Positions 63,511 to 64,000 of a stretch of DNA of 64,000 nt are shown here, piece by piece (the stretch's first letter is position 1; each line of letters opens with the position of its first letter). Position numbers and translations under genes: made by a program. The notes below the pieces were generated by a model. That model made no database searches, was not told the DNA's origin, and was given only the letters and a program-made list of their open reading frames with translations. The stretch comes from Mobula hypostoma (lineage: Eukaryota), in assembly GCF_963921235.1 (NCBI RefSeq), contig NC_086109.1, positions 18,850,001-18,914,000 on the forward strand. The letters run 5' to 3'.

Positions 63511-63627
63511 TGTAATAGCATCTAGTAGAAGGTTGTGGGTTTAAAATTTCTCTTGACACTTCACTAAGATCTCAGATGATGATTGATGAGAGAGTGTTAG
63601 GCTGCTGGAGGTGGCATTTTCTTTTTT

Positions 63628-64000
63628 TAGCAACACACATCAAAGTTGCTGGTGAACGCAGCAGGCCAGGCAGCATCTCTAGGAAGAGGTACAGTCGACG
63701 TTTCAGGCCGAGACCCTTCGTCAGGACTAACTGAAGGAAGAGTGAGTAAGGGATTTGAAAGTGGGAGAGGGAGGGGGAGATCCAAAATGATAGGAGAAGA
63801 TAGGAGGGGGAGGGATGGAGCCAAGAGCTGGACAGGTAATTGGCAAAGGGGATATGAGAGGATCATGGGACAGGAGGCCCAGGGAGAAAGACCGGGGGGT
63901 TGGGGGGGAACCCAGAGGATGGGCAAGGGGTATAGTCAGAGGGACAGAGGGAGAAAAAGGAGAGTGAGAGAAAGAATGTATAAAAATAAATAACGGATGG
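63628..64000 (-). mobile_element. Penelope-like element 3' terminus (pLTR), running off the window
   Basis: Pyrimidine-rich tail, hammerhead, then gatgctgcctggcctgctgcgttcaccagcaactttgatgtgtgttgct; CpGs retained. Confidence 0.8.
63693..63728 (-). ncRNA. Minimal type I hammerhead ribozyme with intact core
   Basis: AGUC-CUGACGA-AGGGUCUCGGCCU-GAAA-C-GUC^GACU: stem I AGUC/GACU, short stem II, palindromic ACGU stem III. Confidence 0.75.

Overview
This is eukaryotic (vertebrate) genomic DNA, not prokaryotic. The repeat repertoire (HE1/V-SINE-type SINEs, abundant CR1, Rex1/Babar, Penelope, RTE, Tx1) points to a cartilaginous fish, most likely a ray/skate; this is an inference. Most of the window is nested, largely decayed transposable elements. 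LTR elements: a Ty3/Gypsy pol remnant, an LTR followed by a PNMA-like gag, and three solo LTRs (two with perfect TSDs, one with a 3/4 match). DNA transposons: a full-length IR/DR-type Tc1 element, Tc1-derived non-autonomous elements, an internally deleted PIF/Harbinger, a Chapaev3-type element and a tiny hAT MITE. LINEs: many CR1, Rex1, RTE and Tx1 fragments, including one young CR1 with a 566-aa RT ORF. Many Penelope-derived terminal fragments carry minimal hammerhead-ribozyme motifs, one with an intact core at 63693-63728 (- strand). No host protein-coding gene could be identified with confidence. Several splice-site-bounded, exon-like segments on the minus strand, some with in-frame stops, suggest an unidentified and possibly pseudogenised multi-exon gene. 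Most ORFs in the supplied track are TE fragments or chance ORFs. Family assignments come from recognised motifs, not database searches, and boundaries of decayed repeats are approximate.
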